Shown: positions 8,402 through 16,632 of the stretch, piece by piece
How the letters are laid out: the number at the start of each line of letters is the position of its first letter
Numbering within the stretch: the stretch's first letter is position 1
IMG/VR virus record: IMGVR_UViG_3300033076_000870
Span: 1 to 32,505 of that record
Source: a virus
Lineage: Duplodnaviria > Caudoviricetes
Strand: one strand, 5' to 3'
Length of the DNA: 32,505 bases
Program-made: the position numbers and the translations under genes
Notes under the pieces: generated by a model
Seen by the model: only the letters and a program-made list of their open reading frames with translations
Database searches by the model: none
What the model was told of the DNA's origin: nothing

Positions 8402-10208
8402 AGCTCTCTCCATGTCCAGCTTCACAATTCAAAGGTAACTCCGACCCCCACTGGGGTCGGATGCGCATACACAACTCAACAAACTCTTGTGCTCTCTCGA
8501 CCTCGTCAGTCGGCACGATACAAGCCACCGCGTCATGCACTGTCATCACCACTCGGTACTTCTTGGCAATCAGCAGCATTTGGTCGCCGATGATGATACG
8601 CGCTAGGGCTTGGCACACGTTCTCGATTACCTTCCCGCCGTAGATGCGGTTGGGGATAGTGGCTCGGCCTTTCTTCGTGTCATACACAATCTCGGTCTTG
8701 CCTGTCTCCTCGTCAATCTTTTGGCGCAGGTTGGGATAGCGGATATACAAGCCATTCGGCAAGCGGATACCGTCTTTGCCTTCGATCTTCAGGATGCCAT
8801 CACGCCCCAACGTAGTTAGCTGGCCACGCAGAATTGCTTCAAGCGCGGTACCCGCCGACTTCCACAGAGCAGTGATTCGTGGGTAAGTTTGGCGGTATGT
8901 GTCGATGATACGTTTCGCTTCGTCCAGTTCAACGACCACGCCAAAGTTCTTGAGTTGCGCTTGGAACTTTGCCGCTCCCATGCCGTACCCCGCCCCAAGA
9001 ATTGTCGTTTTACCAACGAACCTTTCGTCTTTCGTAATCTCATCAACAGCCTTGCCATAGATAGCAGATGCCATGATTTTGTAAACGTCTTCGCCACGGT
9101 CGAACGCCTCCACTAAGTCGTCTTGCCCAGCTAGCCATGCCAGCGTACGGGCTTCAATTTGTGATGAGTCTGAGTCGATCATCATGTACCCCGCAGGTGC
9201 GAGGATTGCTTTCTTCAGCGCCGACCCCCTCGGCAAGTTCTGAAGATTGAGTTTGTCGTCACCGCCCCAGCGACCTGTGTGCGCAGCGTAGTATCGGAGG
9301 GGGACGGGCATAGCCCCTCGTTGAGCAATCCCAATAAAACGTTCAGTTCTCGACTCCTCAATCGTAGATTTCGTACCCAGTCGGGCGGCGACGAGTGCTT
9401 GTACGGACGGATTCGGATGTTCGAGAAGTTCTTTAAACGCCTCGTCTGTCTTTGCGAACGCATAGGTCTCCTTCCCTGTGGCGGGGCTCTTCTTCATCGG
9501 CGGCTCGACACCAAAAGATTTCAACAGCTCGGCGAACTGCGGGTTGCTCATCAACGTGTCTTTGTCGAAGTTCTCCAGCAGCTCGGCCTTGCGTTGCACT
9601 TCCTTGTGTAGGTGCATCTTGAGCAGCTCTTCATCCAGTTGCAAGACTGGCTCGGTGAACATACGGATGGTCAGGTCGATCAAACGCAGCTCAGTTGCAG
9701 GGAACCCTTGGCTCATGCAGTTGAACAAGTCCCATGTCAGGCGCACGTCGTTCTTGCAGTACTCACCATACTGAGCTAGCTGTTGCGGAGGGAAATCCAT
9801 GCGGCGCAAACCCTTGGCGTCATTCACCTCAGTGCCCTTCTCGCCGATGCCGTAGAACTCCGCCAGAACCTTTAAGCTCCCACCTACGTTCGTACCGTGA
9901 AGAGCGCGCCCCATCGACAGAGTATCGAGCCAACCCTTTGGCTTGATTTGGAAGTGCTCGGACAGAATGAACCCGTCGAACATAGCGTTGTGCGCCAGCG
10001 CAAGGGAGTTCTCCCAATCGTAGTTCTTCAAGAAGGCATAGGTGCTCAGCATGTCCCCGCTAAACCACTCGGGCTCACCGTCATTGACCTGCACAGCAAC
10101 GCCGACCACTTCAAAGCGCGGGTCACGTACGTATTCCTCAGTAGTCTGTTTCGCAAACCCAAGATCGGCCCCATACGCCGTTTCAAAATCCACAACAATA
10201 ATATCCAT
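8388..10208 (-). CDS. polA: DNA polymerase family A (3'-5' exonuclease plus polymerase, no 5'-3' exonuclease)
   Basis: ExoI DFET, ExoII AHNAMFD, ExoIII YCKND, motif A DSSQIEAR, motif B RFVGKTTILGAGYG, motif C VHDA. Confidence 0.93.
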   Translation of the reverse strand: MDIIVVDFETAYGADLGFAKQTTEEYVRDPRFEVVGVAVQVNDGEPEWFSGDMLSTYAFLKNYDWENSLALAHNAMFDGFILSEHFQIKPKGWLDTLSMGRALHGTNVGGSLKVLAEFYGIGEKGTEVNDAKGLRRMDFPPQQLAQYGEYCKNDVRLTWDLFNCMSQGFPATELRLIDLTIRMFTEPVLQLDEELLKMHLHKEVQRKAELLENFDKDTLMSNPQFAELLKSFGVEPPMKKSPATGKETYAFAKTDEAFKELLEHPNPSVQALVAARLGTKSTIEESRTERFIGIAQRGAMPVPLRYYAAHTGRWGGDDKLNLQNLPRGSALKKAILAPAGYMMIDSDSSQIEARTLAWLAGQDDLVEAFDRGEDVYKIMASAIYGKAVDEITKDERFVGKTTILGAGYGMGAAKFQAQLKNFGVVVELDEAKRIIDTYRQTYPRITALWKSAGTALEAILRGQLTTLGRDGILKIEGKDGIRLPNGLYIRYPNLRQKIDEETGKTEIVYDTKKGRATIPNRIYGGKVIENVCQALARIIIGDQMLLIAKKYRVVMTVHDAVACIVPTDEVERAQEFVELCMRIRPQWGSELPLNCEAGHGESYGDC

Positions 10209-10696
10209 CAGTACGTCTCTCCTCTAACAATCAAACTAATTGCTCTTTGGCTTACATCGAATTTGTTCGCCAGTTGTTTTTGTGTGAGCCCATGCACCTC
10301 GTAAGCCCTGCGGATTTCCGCAGCTTGCTTGTTGGTCAGCTTTGCATTTGCATGGTTCTCTCCCTTGGGTTGCGCCCTGCGCTTCTTAGCGTAGGCATCC
10401 AGTTGGTTGTCTGCGTATGAGCCAATGAAGAAATGCGTGGGGTTGCAGCACTTGCGGTTGTCGCACTTGTGCAGTACGTGGGCCTTCTCTTTCGAGTTAG
10501 TCGGCTTCGCTGGGTCTGCTACCAAACCACTAAGCCAAGCGGCAATCCTATGCGCCGTATAAACCTTTCCGTGCCACGCCACCGTACCGTAACCTGTGTT
10601 GTTACACGCACCCTGCCACTCCCAGCACCCATTGCGCTGACGCCTATCTCCTTGGACTCGCGCCCAAAAAGATTCCGCTGTTTGCTTTTTTGCCAC
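10208..10696 (-). CDS. HNH homing endonuclease with C-terminal HTH
   Basis: CWEWQG...GYG...AHR...VLHKCDNRKCCNPTH...DN, then GENHANAKLT and TQKQLANKFDVSQRAIS. Confidence 0.88.
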   Translation of the reverse strand: MAKKQTAESFWARVQGDRRQRNGCWEWQGACNNTGYGTVAWHGKVYTAHRIAAWLSGLVADPAKPTNSKEKAHVLHKCDNRKCCNPTHFFIGSYADNQLDAYAKKRRAQPKGENHANAKLTNKQAAEIRRAYEVHGLTQKQLANKFDVSQRAISLIVRGETY

Positions 10697-10705
10697 GTTA
10701 GACTC

Positions 10706-10840
10706 CTAAAACGTATTCGTATCCAGTGTACCACCTTCTTTAATCGCCCACCAAATATCCACCGCTTTTTTAACGCGCTCTTTGTCTACCCCCTGTTGCC
10801 ATAGGTACTCCATGATGAGAGCTAGCTGTTCATCTTTCAT
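10706..10840 (-). CDS. small hypothetical protein (44 aa, not in the ORF track)
   Basis: MKDEQLALIMEYLWQQGVDK...; ATGA overlap with the upstream stop; fills the gap. Confidence 0.5.
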   Translation of the reverse strand: MKDEQLALIMEYLWQQGVDKERVKKAVDIWWAIKEGGTLDTNTF

Positions 10841-11337
10841 TTAAAAAATCCTTTAAGTGCTGACCCAGCGGAGCCGAGCAAGCCGCCACCGTTGTAATAG
10901 TTGCCGCTCCCCGCTTGTGACGATGCGTTGTTAAGTGCGGATACGGGTTGGGGCAGGGGCATCTGACTACTCAGCATTGCGTTTTGGAGTTGCACTCGTT
11001 GGCTTTGTTGTGCTAACAACGTGCTCTGCCCCATCGGATAGGCGAACTGTTTCTTCTCTTCTTCGAACTCGGCATCGCTCTTGAACGTAGCCTCCATGAC
11101 TTCTTTCTCGAACTTCGCGTAGTTAACCTCACGCCATGCGTCTGCCAAAGCAGCTCTGTCGGCATCGCTAAGGTAAGCCAGTCGGCCATGCCCTCCGTGA
11201 AGGTTAGCTTGCACAACCCCAATCAAACCCATCAAGCTATCGCTCAAGTAGCCAAAGCGCTTCCCGTACTCAAAGTCTTCGGGGTGCGACTTCATCCGTG
11301 CGATCAGCACGGTCGCTGCGTTAGAAAGTTCCGCCAT
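10837..11337 (-). CDS. hypothetical protein, paralog 3 of a tandem trio
   Basis: VLIARMKSHPEDF N-terminus; low-complexity Q/S/G tail. Confidence 0.7.
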   Translation of the reverse strand: MAELSNAATVLIARMKSHPEDFEYGKRFGYLSDSLMGLIGVVQANLHGGHGRLAYLSDADRAALADAWREVNYAKFEKEVMEATFKSDAEFEEEKKQFAYPMGQSTLLAQQSQRVQLQNAMLSSQMPLPQPVSALNNASSQAGSGNYYNGGGLLGSAGSALKGFFK

Positions 11338-11770
11338 TGATATGCTCCTCTACTCTGTCATGTAAGAATTTAACCATCTCGGGCGTCAGCGTTGCTGAGT
11401 TGCCGTTGCAGTTAAGCGTAAGTGTCCCTGCGTTGGAATTGGCAACGATTGACGACCCAGTTGTTCCTGTCGACAACCCAAAGCCAGCACTCTGCGGGTA
11501 AATTCTCCGTGGCTCTTCCTTCTCTTTCAGTATGTTCTTCATCACCGATTCGGTAAATTTGTCCCGCGACATTTCAATGAACGCGTCTTTCAGCTTTTCC
11601 CACTCGGCTTCAGTGAGCAGGTGGCGTGTGAACCAAGGTTGTTTGTCGCCGTAGCTTCCCGAGATTTCTTCACGGATACGCCGAGCAGTGTCGGCGAACT
11701 TACCGTCATGGTCAAAGTCTTCGGGGTTAGTCTTCATGCGCTCGATGAGGATTTCTACGCCTTTGTTCAT
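11321..11770 (-). CDS. hypothetical protein, paralog 2 of a tandem trio
   Basis: GVEILIERMKTNPEDF N-terminus. Confidence 0.7.
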   Translation of the reverse strand: MNKGVEILIERMKTNPEDFDHDGKFADTARRIREEISGSYGDKQPWFTRHLLTEAEWEKLKDAFIEMSRDKFTESVMKNILKEKEEPRRIYPQSAGFGLSTGTTGSSIVANSNAGTLTLNCNGNSATLTPEMVKFLHDRVEEHINGGTF

Positions 11771-12117
11771 TTTGCTGGCCCGTTCATGCGCTTAATCATC
11801 TCCGCTTGTGCGCGGTTGATAACCATCTTCTTTGGTTCGCTGTAACGCCCTTCGGCTTTGTACTTGAGTGTGCCTTCCTCTTCCTCCTCATCTTTCGGCA
11901 TCACAGTGGCTACTGCCTTCGCTGTGATCTCCAGCCGACGGACTTTCCTCATGCCTTCGTAAAGGGCGGCTTTCTCGGGCTCGGTCATCACCTCGCGCAG
12001 GTTCTCACCGAAAATCCAACGCCACTTGCTGTTCTCTTTGTGCGACTCGAAGAACTCCTCGGGGTTGCTCTCCATGCGGTTCAGAATAATTTGTACGCCT
12101 TCGTTTACTTCACTCAT
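11767..12117 (-). CDS. hypothetical protein, paralog 1 of a tandem trio
   Basis: GVQIILNRMESNPEEF; start MSEVNE at 12117 (ATGA overlap). Confidence 0.7.
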   Translation of the reverse strand: MSEVNEGVQIILNRMESNPEEFFESHKENSKWRWIFGENLREVMTEPEKAALYEGMRKVRRLEITAKAVATVMPKDEEEEEGTLKYKAEGRYSEPKKMVINRAQAEMIKRMNGPAK

Positions 12118-12416
12118 TTGTTTTCCTTCATTAGTTTGATTGCGCCTCTCAGCCAATCCAAGTTGTCTTCGTTAATCACCACCGACACACCGCCAGCCGC
12201 TTTAATCTCTCTCAGGTTCTTCTCTTGCAACGCGGTCGGTATGCCTTTGCCAGCCTTGGCTTCAATCGCTAGGAACTGACCACCGACACAACACAAGAAG
12301 TCAGGGACTCCACTGTTGCCGTAGCCTGTGCCCATCGGCATCGCATACCACACGCCGTGTTCTTTCAAAATCGCTTTGATCTTCGCTTTAACTTTCGCTT
12401 CGGGTGTTGACGCCAT
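12114..12416 (-). CDS. VRR-NUC domain nuclease (putative Holliday junction resolvase)
   Basis: TPEAKVK...GVPDFL...FLAIEAKA...PTALQ...GG. Confidence 0.85.
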   Translation of the reverse strand: MASTPEAKVKAKIKAILKEHGVWYAMPMGTGYGNSGVPDFLCCVGGQFLAIEAKAGKGIPTALQEKNLREIKAAGGVSVVINEDNLDWLRGAIKLMKENK

Positions 12417-12478
12417 AATACACTCACTTTTGACTTTGTAAAGTCTATCTGACATTTGTCAGATAGACCCCCGTGTTT

Positions 12479-13021
12479 TTACTTTCCGAACTTGGCGATC
12501 TCGCGGTTCAGGTACCAACGTGCTTTGAGCAGGTCTTCCTCGCGGTTGCCCTTGCTGTCTGCGCGTGTGATGTACTTCACCACGTTGCCGAGGTGGTAGT
12601 TCAAACCCTTAGCTTCAATGAAGTCGATGGTCTCGATTCCACCTACTTTGTAATGAGCAGGGTGGTTGACGTTGTCGGGTTGTGGTTCGATCATTGTGAC
12701 TTTGTCCTCGATCATGGGCACCCCCTGCATCAAAATCTTGCCTGTCACTGGGTGGCGGCGCTCACGGCCTTTGGTCAGTTCGTAGATGCGGTTCAGCTCT
12801 TTCGTGGCTGCTTCAGTCCGTTCTTGTGTGGTTACGTGCGTCCACTTGAACTTTTTCTTCGGCGTCTTGGGCGTGGGGTTTTTATCGCTGTGACGGATAG
12901 CGTACACATACGCTGGGTTTGTGCCACATGCTTTGGCTACTTGGATAGCACTAGCTTCGGGGTTTTTCTTTTGGTACGCACGGATTTGTTCTGCCTTGCT
13001 CAATTTTTTAGCTGTTGCCAT
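12479..13021 (-). CDS. DUF3310 (T7 gp1.7-like) domain protein with N-terminal HTH-like region
   Basis: C-terminal DNVNHPAHY...GGIETIDFI...GNVVKYITR...EDLLKARWYL; N-terminal SAIQVAKACGTNPAYVY. Confidence 0.8.
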   Translation of the reverse strand: MATAKKLSKAEQIRAYQKKNPEASAIQVAKACGTNPAYVYAIRHSDKNPTPKTPKKKFKWTHVTTQERTEAATKELNRIYELTKGRERRHPVTGKILMQGVPMIEDKVTMIEPQPDNVNHPAHYKVGGIETIDFIEAKGLNYHLGNVVKYITRADSKGNREEDLLKARWYLNREIAKFGK

Positions 13022-13220
13022 TGTTAGCTCCTTGCTGTTGGCTGTTTAAATACTCTGTAAGAACTTCGCGGATTTTGGCTTGCTTGTTGGGAAAGGTATC
13101 GAAATAATCGACCACTTCTTTCGGCAAACGCAGGCTCGTATGAACGAAGGTCGGCTTCTTACCGGGACCGCGCCCTCGTCGTTTTTGTTCGGGTTTTAGA
13201 TATTCAATTCCTGTTGTCAT
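13008..13220 (-). CDS. BrnA-like ribbon-helix-helix protein
   Basis: RGRGPGKKP...TSLRLPKEVVDYF...QAKIREVL resembles the BrnA antitoxin C-terminal RHH; start MTTGIE. Confidence 0.6.
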   Translation of the reverse strand: MTTGIEYLKPEQKRRGRGPGKKPTFVHTSLRLPKEVVDYFDTFPNKQAKIREVLTEYLNSQQQGANNGNS

Positions 13221-13504
13221 TTTTTCTCCTTTAGCTTCTCGATTTGGTCGTCCCACCGCAGTGACGTTTGTCCTTGCCACTTCTCTAACTTCTGCGCCAA
13301 GAAGTTTTCGTTGTTTTTAAACACGCGCCCATTGAGCGCCATAGCAGCGACTACTTCCATATCCGCAGACTTTTGCTGCAAGATACGCGCTGAGTCCTCC
13401 AACCCTTTGATGGCTGCATCAACAATCCGACGCATCTCATCAGGGTCTTGGCTACGTCTACGCACGTCTTGGTAAAACTTAATGTCTTCTTCAGTCATCT
13501 CCAT
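13217..13504 (-). CDS. hypothetical protein
   Basis: 95 aa, overlapping operon neighbours. Confidence 0.6.
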   Translation of the reverse strand: MEMTEEDIKFYQDVRRRSQDPDEMRRIVDAAIKGLEDSARILQQKSADMEVVAAMALNGRVFKNNENFLAQKLEKWQGQTSLRWDDQIEKLKEKK

Positions 13505-13712
13505 CCCCGTGACTCAGTAGAGCCTTCTTGCATCGTTCGATCAACCACAGTGCCGTACCACCATCAGCGTAGGTAGAAGAGAAATACTCCTCACCGTCTT
13601 CGGTGTAGCCCATGATGACGAACCCTTCCATCTTCCCTTTCAAATTCTCAAGAATAATGTCGGGGGTCAGGTCTAACTTTGTTATGCCCGTGAACGGAAT
13701 AATTTTTGCCAT
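13491..13712 (-). CDS. hypothetical protein
   Basis: 73 aa, GAGG RBS. Confidence 0.65.
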   Translation of the reverse strand: MAKIIPFTGITKLDLTPDIILENLKGKMEGFVIMGYTEDGEEYFSSTYADGGTALWLIERCKKALLSHGDGDD

Positions 13713-13736
13713 TACATCAACGCCTCCTCTGCGTCT

Positions 13737-14027
13737 TCAAGGAAAAAAGTTGTGCTCGACTCTTTTTTGGTAGTCGGCTTGGGAAAGAATTTTGGATTGA
13801 GCCGCGTGAACGGCCACCAAGCGTTCAGTTCGGCTTGTGTTAGTCGGCGTGATGGCTGTTCGAACGGCGACCACAAAGCAGTCTTCTTTTCCGTGTTCTT
13901 CAACCCACTCTTTTGCTTTCGCTCGGGTTTTGAACATGACGTAGCCGATGCCTTCGTCGCTGTTTGTTTTGACATAGTGCCCCCTCAAATTTCTAATCAT
14001 GTACGCTGATACGTGTACGCTCTGCAT
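13737..14027 (-). CDS. hypothetical protein (overlapped by alternative frame 13712-13975)
   Basis: AGGAG RBS and TAATG coupling at 14027. Confidence 0.5.
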   Translation of the reverse strand: MQSVHVSAYMIRNLRGHYVKTNSDEGIGYVMFKTRAKAKEWVEEHGKEDCFVVAVRTAITPTNTSRTERLVAVHAAQSKILSQADYQKRVEHNFFP

Positions 14028-14503
14028 TACTTCTCCTTCTCAACAATAGGCCGCATCCGTTTAGCGCGGTACTCTGCACTGACTATGTCCATAGCCAGCT
14101 CCATGTCCTTCACAGTCGTGTTGTCCAGCTGGGCGTCGTGAATCTCCATGACTAAGTTCATAGCCACAAGCTCACTGGCCTTCAAGATAAAGCGGCCACT
14201 CTCCACGCCACGTTTGCCGACAGCATGAAGGGCGTCCAGCCCAGCCTGTATCTCCTCAGCCCAGTCCGCACCAAGCTCAGGTCGAAGGCGCATATATGCC
14301 TCGGCCATGTTGAACGCGCCAATCAGCACATCAATGTCAGCTCTAGTCGCATCGCCTCGGCGCAATGTGTCCATCGCATCGTGGTTCTTGATACGCAAGT
14401 TGGTGCTAACGTCTACGCTAGCAAACGGTTTCAATCCCGCCAACACCCAGTTCACTGCATCGGTGCGTATGCCTTTGGGTTTGTACTTAGAACGCTTTCT
14501 CAC
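14027..14503 (-). CDS. hypothetical protein
   Basis: Likely GTG start (MRKRSKYKPK...) in a GTGA overlap with the upstream stop. Confidence 0.65.
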   Translation of the reverse strand: MRKRSKYKPKGIRTDAVNWVLAGLKPFASVDVSTNLRIKNHDAMDTLRRGDATRADIDVLIGAFNMAEAYMRLRPELGADWAEEIQAGLDALHAVGKRGVESGRFILKASELVAMNLVMEIHDAQLDNTTVKDMELAMDIVSAEYRAKRMRPIVEKEK

Positions 14504-14787
14504 ACGCCCATCCCCCGCATCGTCATCACCACAGCGATCTGCTCGGCGAGTGGTCGGCCTTCTTCCAAGATGTAGTACTCGCTCTTCCAATCAGGGCCGT
14601 GGTTATTCCGCTGATACGCCTGTACCTCTAACAGCTTACCGTTCATCGCTTCCATCACAGCAATACGCACCTTGGGTTGGGGCTTGGCTACCGCTTCCTC
14701 GGGTGTGGACACCGATGCGTATATCTCCTTCTCCCGTAACTCACGCAGCTCTTTACCCAGCAGCCATTTCACTAACCACTTTCTCAT
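14500..14787 (-). CDS. hypothetical protein
   Basis: 95 aa, AGGAG RBS. Confidence 0.65.
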   Translation of the reverse strand: MRKWLVKWLLGKELRELREKEIYASVSTPEEAVAKPQPKVRIAVMEAMNGKLLEVQAYQRNNHGPDWKSEYYILEEGRPLAEQIAVVMTMRGMGV

Positions 14788-14948
14788 TTCTTTTCTCCTT
14801 GTTCACGTTGGATTCGTTCAAACTCTTCGTCCTCAGCTTGCCAGTCTTCTTTGGTTTTGCGGAAGATGTTGTCGTAGTTACTGCCGTATTTTTCGTGGTC
14901 TGTTGGGCGCTGGGTATCGCCCTTGCCGCCATCACTGTGTGTCGTCAC
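14784..14948 (-). CDS. small hypothetical protein (54 aa, not in the ORF track)
   Basis: GTG start after AGGGAG; MTTHSDGGKGDTQRPTDHEKYGSNYDNIFRK...; ATGA overlap with the next gene. Confidence 0.6.
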   Translation of the reverse strand: MTTHSDGGKGDTQRPTDHEKYGSNYDNIFRKTKEDWQAEDEEFERIQREQGEKK

Positions 14949-15111
14949 GTTTGAACTCCCTTACAAATGCCGCAAAAGATGTGGCGGTGTCGCCCAATGC
15001 CTTCATGTTTTCCATGGCTGTGGCTACGGTAATAAGGGCAGTGTTCCACCCTGCGTCGAAGGCTTTCTTCGTTACTTCGCCCATCGCTTGTTTAATTTCA
15101 TCCGTGTCCAT
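14932..15111 (-). CDS. small hypothetical protein (59 aa, not in the ORF track)
   Basis: MDTDEIKQAMGEVTKKAFDAGWN...; AGGAG RBS; TAATG coupling. Confidence 0.6.
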   Translation of the reverse strand: MDTDEIKQAMGEVTKKAFDAGWNTALITVATAMENMKALGDTATSFAAFVREFKRDDTQ

Positions 15112-15383
15112 TACTTCACTCCTTTTGGCATACCTGCCTTGTTAAAAATATGGAAATCCTTACGCGCAATCGTCATCTGCTTCTTGCGCTCTAAATCCAA
15201 CCGTGCTTGTTCCTTGGAAATCTTTACTGATAGCGACTTAGTCACAGTCTTCAACGGAACCTTGTTGACCTTGAGCTTTTTCTCCACTCGCTCCTCTCGG
15301 TTGGCTTGGTGAGTACGGAACTCTTTCAGCAAGTCGGGTTCGTGCGTCTTGATGTAGTCGGGGTGGAAAGCGTTCAGGGTCAT
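15111..15383 (-). CDS. hypothetical basic protein
   Basis: 90 aa, GAGGAG RBS. Confidence 0.6.
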   Translation of the reverse strand: MTLNAFHPDYIKTHEPDLLKEFRTHQANREERVEKKLKVNKVPLKTVTKSLSVKISKEQARLDLERKKQMTIARKDFHIFNKAGMPKGVK

Positions 15384-15616
15384 TGCATACTCCTCAGTTG
15401 TTCAAACAAAGCCCAAAACTTAGCCGTCTTCGGGTCTTCTTCCCCTGCGTCCAGTGCATTGCAAACGCTCTCGGCCTCCTCCACCAACTGCTTCATCACC
15501 TCGGCCACGTTCGCACCTTGGTCGAAGCCCAGCTCGTAGGCGTTCTCCATTGCTGTGACGGTGTTCTCGTCACAGTTCACACTGCGTAGCAGCGTAATCA
15601 TTTCGTCTTTTGTCAT
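15380..15616 (-). CDS. hypothetical protein
   Basis: 78 aa, in the operon. Confidence 0.6.
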   Translation of the reverse strand: MTKDEMITLLRSVNCDENTVTAMENAYELGFDQGANVAEVMKQLVEEAESVCNALDAGEEDPKTAKFWALFEQLRSMQ

Positions 15617-15617
15617 A

Positions 15618-15746
15618 TCAGTCCAAATAAAAAGTTTCCAAAAATTCCATCACCGCAAGATAGGCGAAGGCGATGCCAACGAAGACAACTATGCCGAGGC
15701 CCATCAAGAAGCAAATCATGGCTATGTTTGCTAAGTCCCAATCCAT
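15618..15746 (-). CDS. small membrane protein (42 aa, not in the ORF track)
   Basis: MDWDLANIAMICFLMGLGIVVFVGIAFAYLAV...; GAGGAG RBS. Confidence 0.55.
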   Translation of the reverse strand: MDWDLANIAMICFLMGLGIVVFVGIAFAYLAVMEFLETFYLD

Positions 15747-15961
15747 TACATCTGCTCCTCGTTGCGGCATGACTTCTTCACGTCTTCCCAGTACCCACTA
15801 AGGGTGCGTTGATACACAGTGCCATCCTTGCACTTGTACCTCTTGTATTTCTCTACCGCTAGGTAGTGTTCGTAGTTGGCTTCTGACTGCCCCCACTTGT
15901 AGCCCGTCCACAAGAATAGGCCAGCCAACAAAATAGCGCATGTGGCTATCGCCTCTTTCAT
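15746..15961 (-). CDS. membrane-anchored hypothetical protein
   Basis: Start MKEAIATCAILLAGLFLW at 15961 with an AGGAG RBS. Confidence 0.55.
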   Translation of the reverse strand: MKEAIATCAILLAGLFLWTGYKWGQSEANYEHYLAVEKYKRYKCKDGTVYQRTLSGYWEDVKKSCRNEEQM

Positions 15962-16164
15962 ACTTGCTCCTTCCGAGCAAACTGCACTCGTGCAAGTAGC
16001 ATCAAGCCAAACACCACAACGCAGATAAAGTAGAACATGCGATCGGGTCGCTCCCATAGGAATGGGTCAGGACTACCTCCGACAATAGCCATAAACGGGT
16101 ACAGCATCATTGACGACACCATGAACGGCACAGTGCACACCAGTATTTCTTTAAACTCTTTCAT
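15958..16164 (-). CDS. small two-TM membrane protein
   Basis: Two hydrophobic stretches; AGGAG RBS. Confidence 0.6.
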   Translation of the reverse strand: MKEFKEILVCTVPFMVSSMMLYPFMAIVGGSPDPFLWERPDRMFYFICVVVFGLMLLARVQFARKEQV

Positions 16165-16381
16165 GTTGCGCTCCTTCTTCCTTCAGTTGGCGTCGATATG
16201 ACGCAATGTTGTTTTTGATCGCCCGTGGGTCACTGCCGTTCTTGGTAATGATCTGAGGCTGTTGTAACTCGGCGAACGTGATCTTGAAGTGTGAGCCGCT
16301 TCGGGCTTCCACATCGACTACGTGGAACCCAGCTTTCTCGTATTCAAGTATCTGCTTGCGTAGGACTTGTGGAACCTTCAT
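16151..16381 (-). CDS. HicA-like (dsRBD-fold) protein
   Basis: AGFHVV...RSGSHFKITF...SDPRAIKN pattern of HicA/YcfA-like proteins. Confidence 0.5.
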   Translation of the reverse strand: MKVPQVLRKQILEYEKAGFHVVDVEARSGSHFKITFAELQQPQIITKNGSDPRAIKNNIASYRRQLKEEGAQHERV

Positions 16382-16632
16382 AGGAACCTCTTCACACTAG
16401 ACAACAAGATTGCCAGCACGAATACCACGCCACCGAAGAATTTCCAAGGTACGGATGTAGATATGTTCCAACCCATAAGCCCCGCTTGAATCTTTTCCTC
16501 GTCGGCAGACATAGGGGGTTTGGGTGGTTGATAGAGTAGGCCGATCTTGACCTTACCCGTGTCGTAGGGAACGACCCGCTTGGGGGTTTCCCAGTCTTTA
16601 TTGACCCTCTGCTTGCGCTTCAGTTTTTTCAT
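16378..16632 (-). CDS. hypothetical protein with C-terminal TM segment
   Basis: 84 aa; PYDTGKVKIGLLYQP; hydrophobic tail. Confidence 0.6.
   Translation of the reverse strand: MKKLKRKQRVNKDWETPKRVVPYDTGKVKIGLLYQPPKPPMSADEEKIQAGLMGWNISTSVPWKFFGGVVFVLAILLSSVKRFL

Noticed and set aside
12415-12442. Possible promoter TTTACA-16-TATTAT next to the long palindrome
   Set aside because: The -10 overlaps the VRR-NUC start codon, so it could not transcribe that gene; too uncertain to call.
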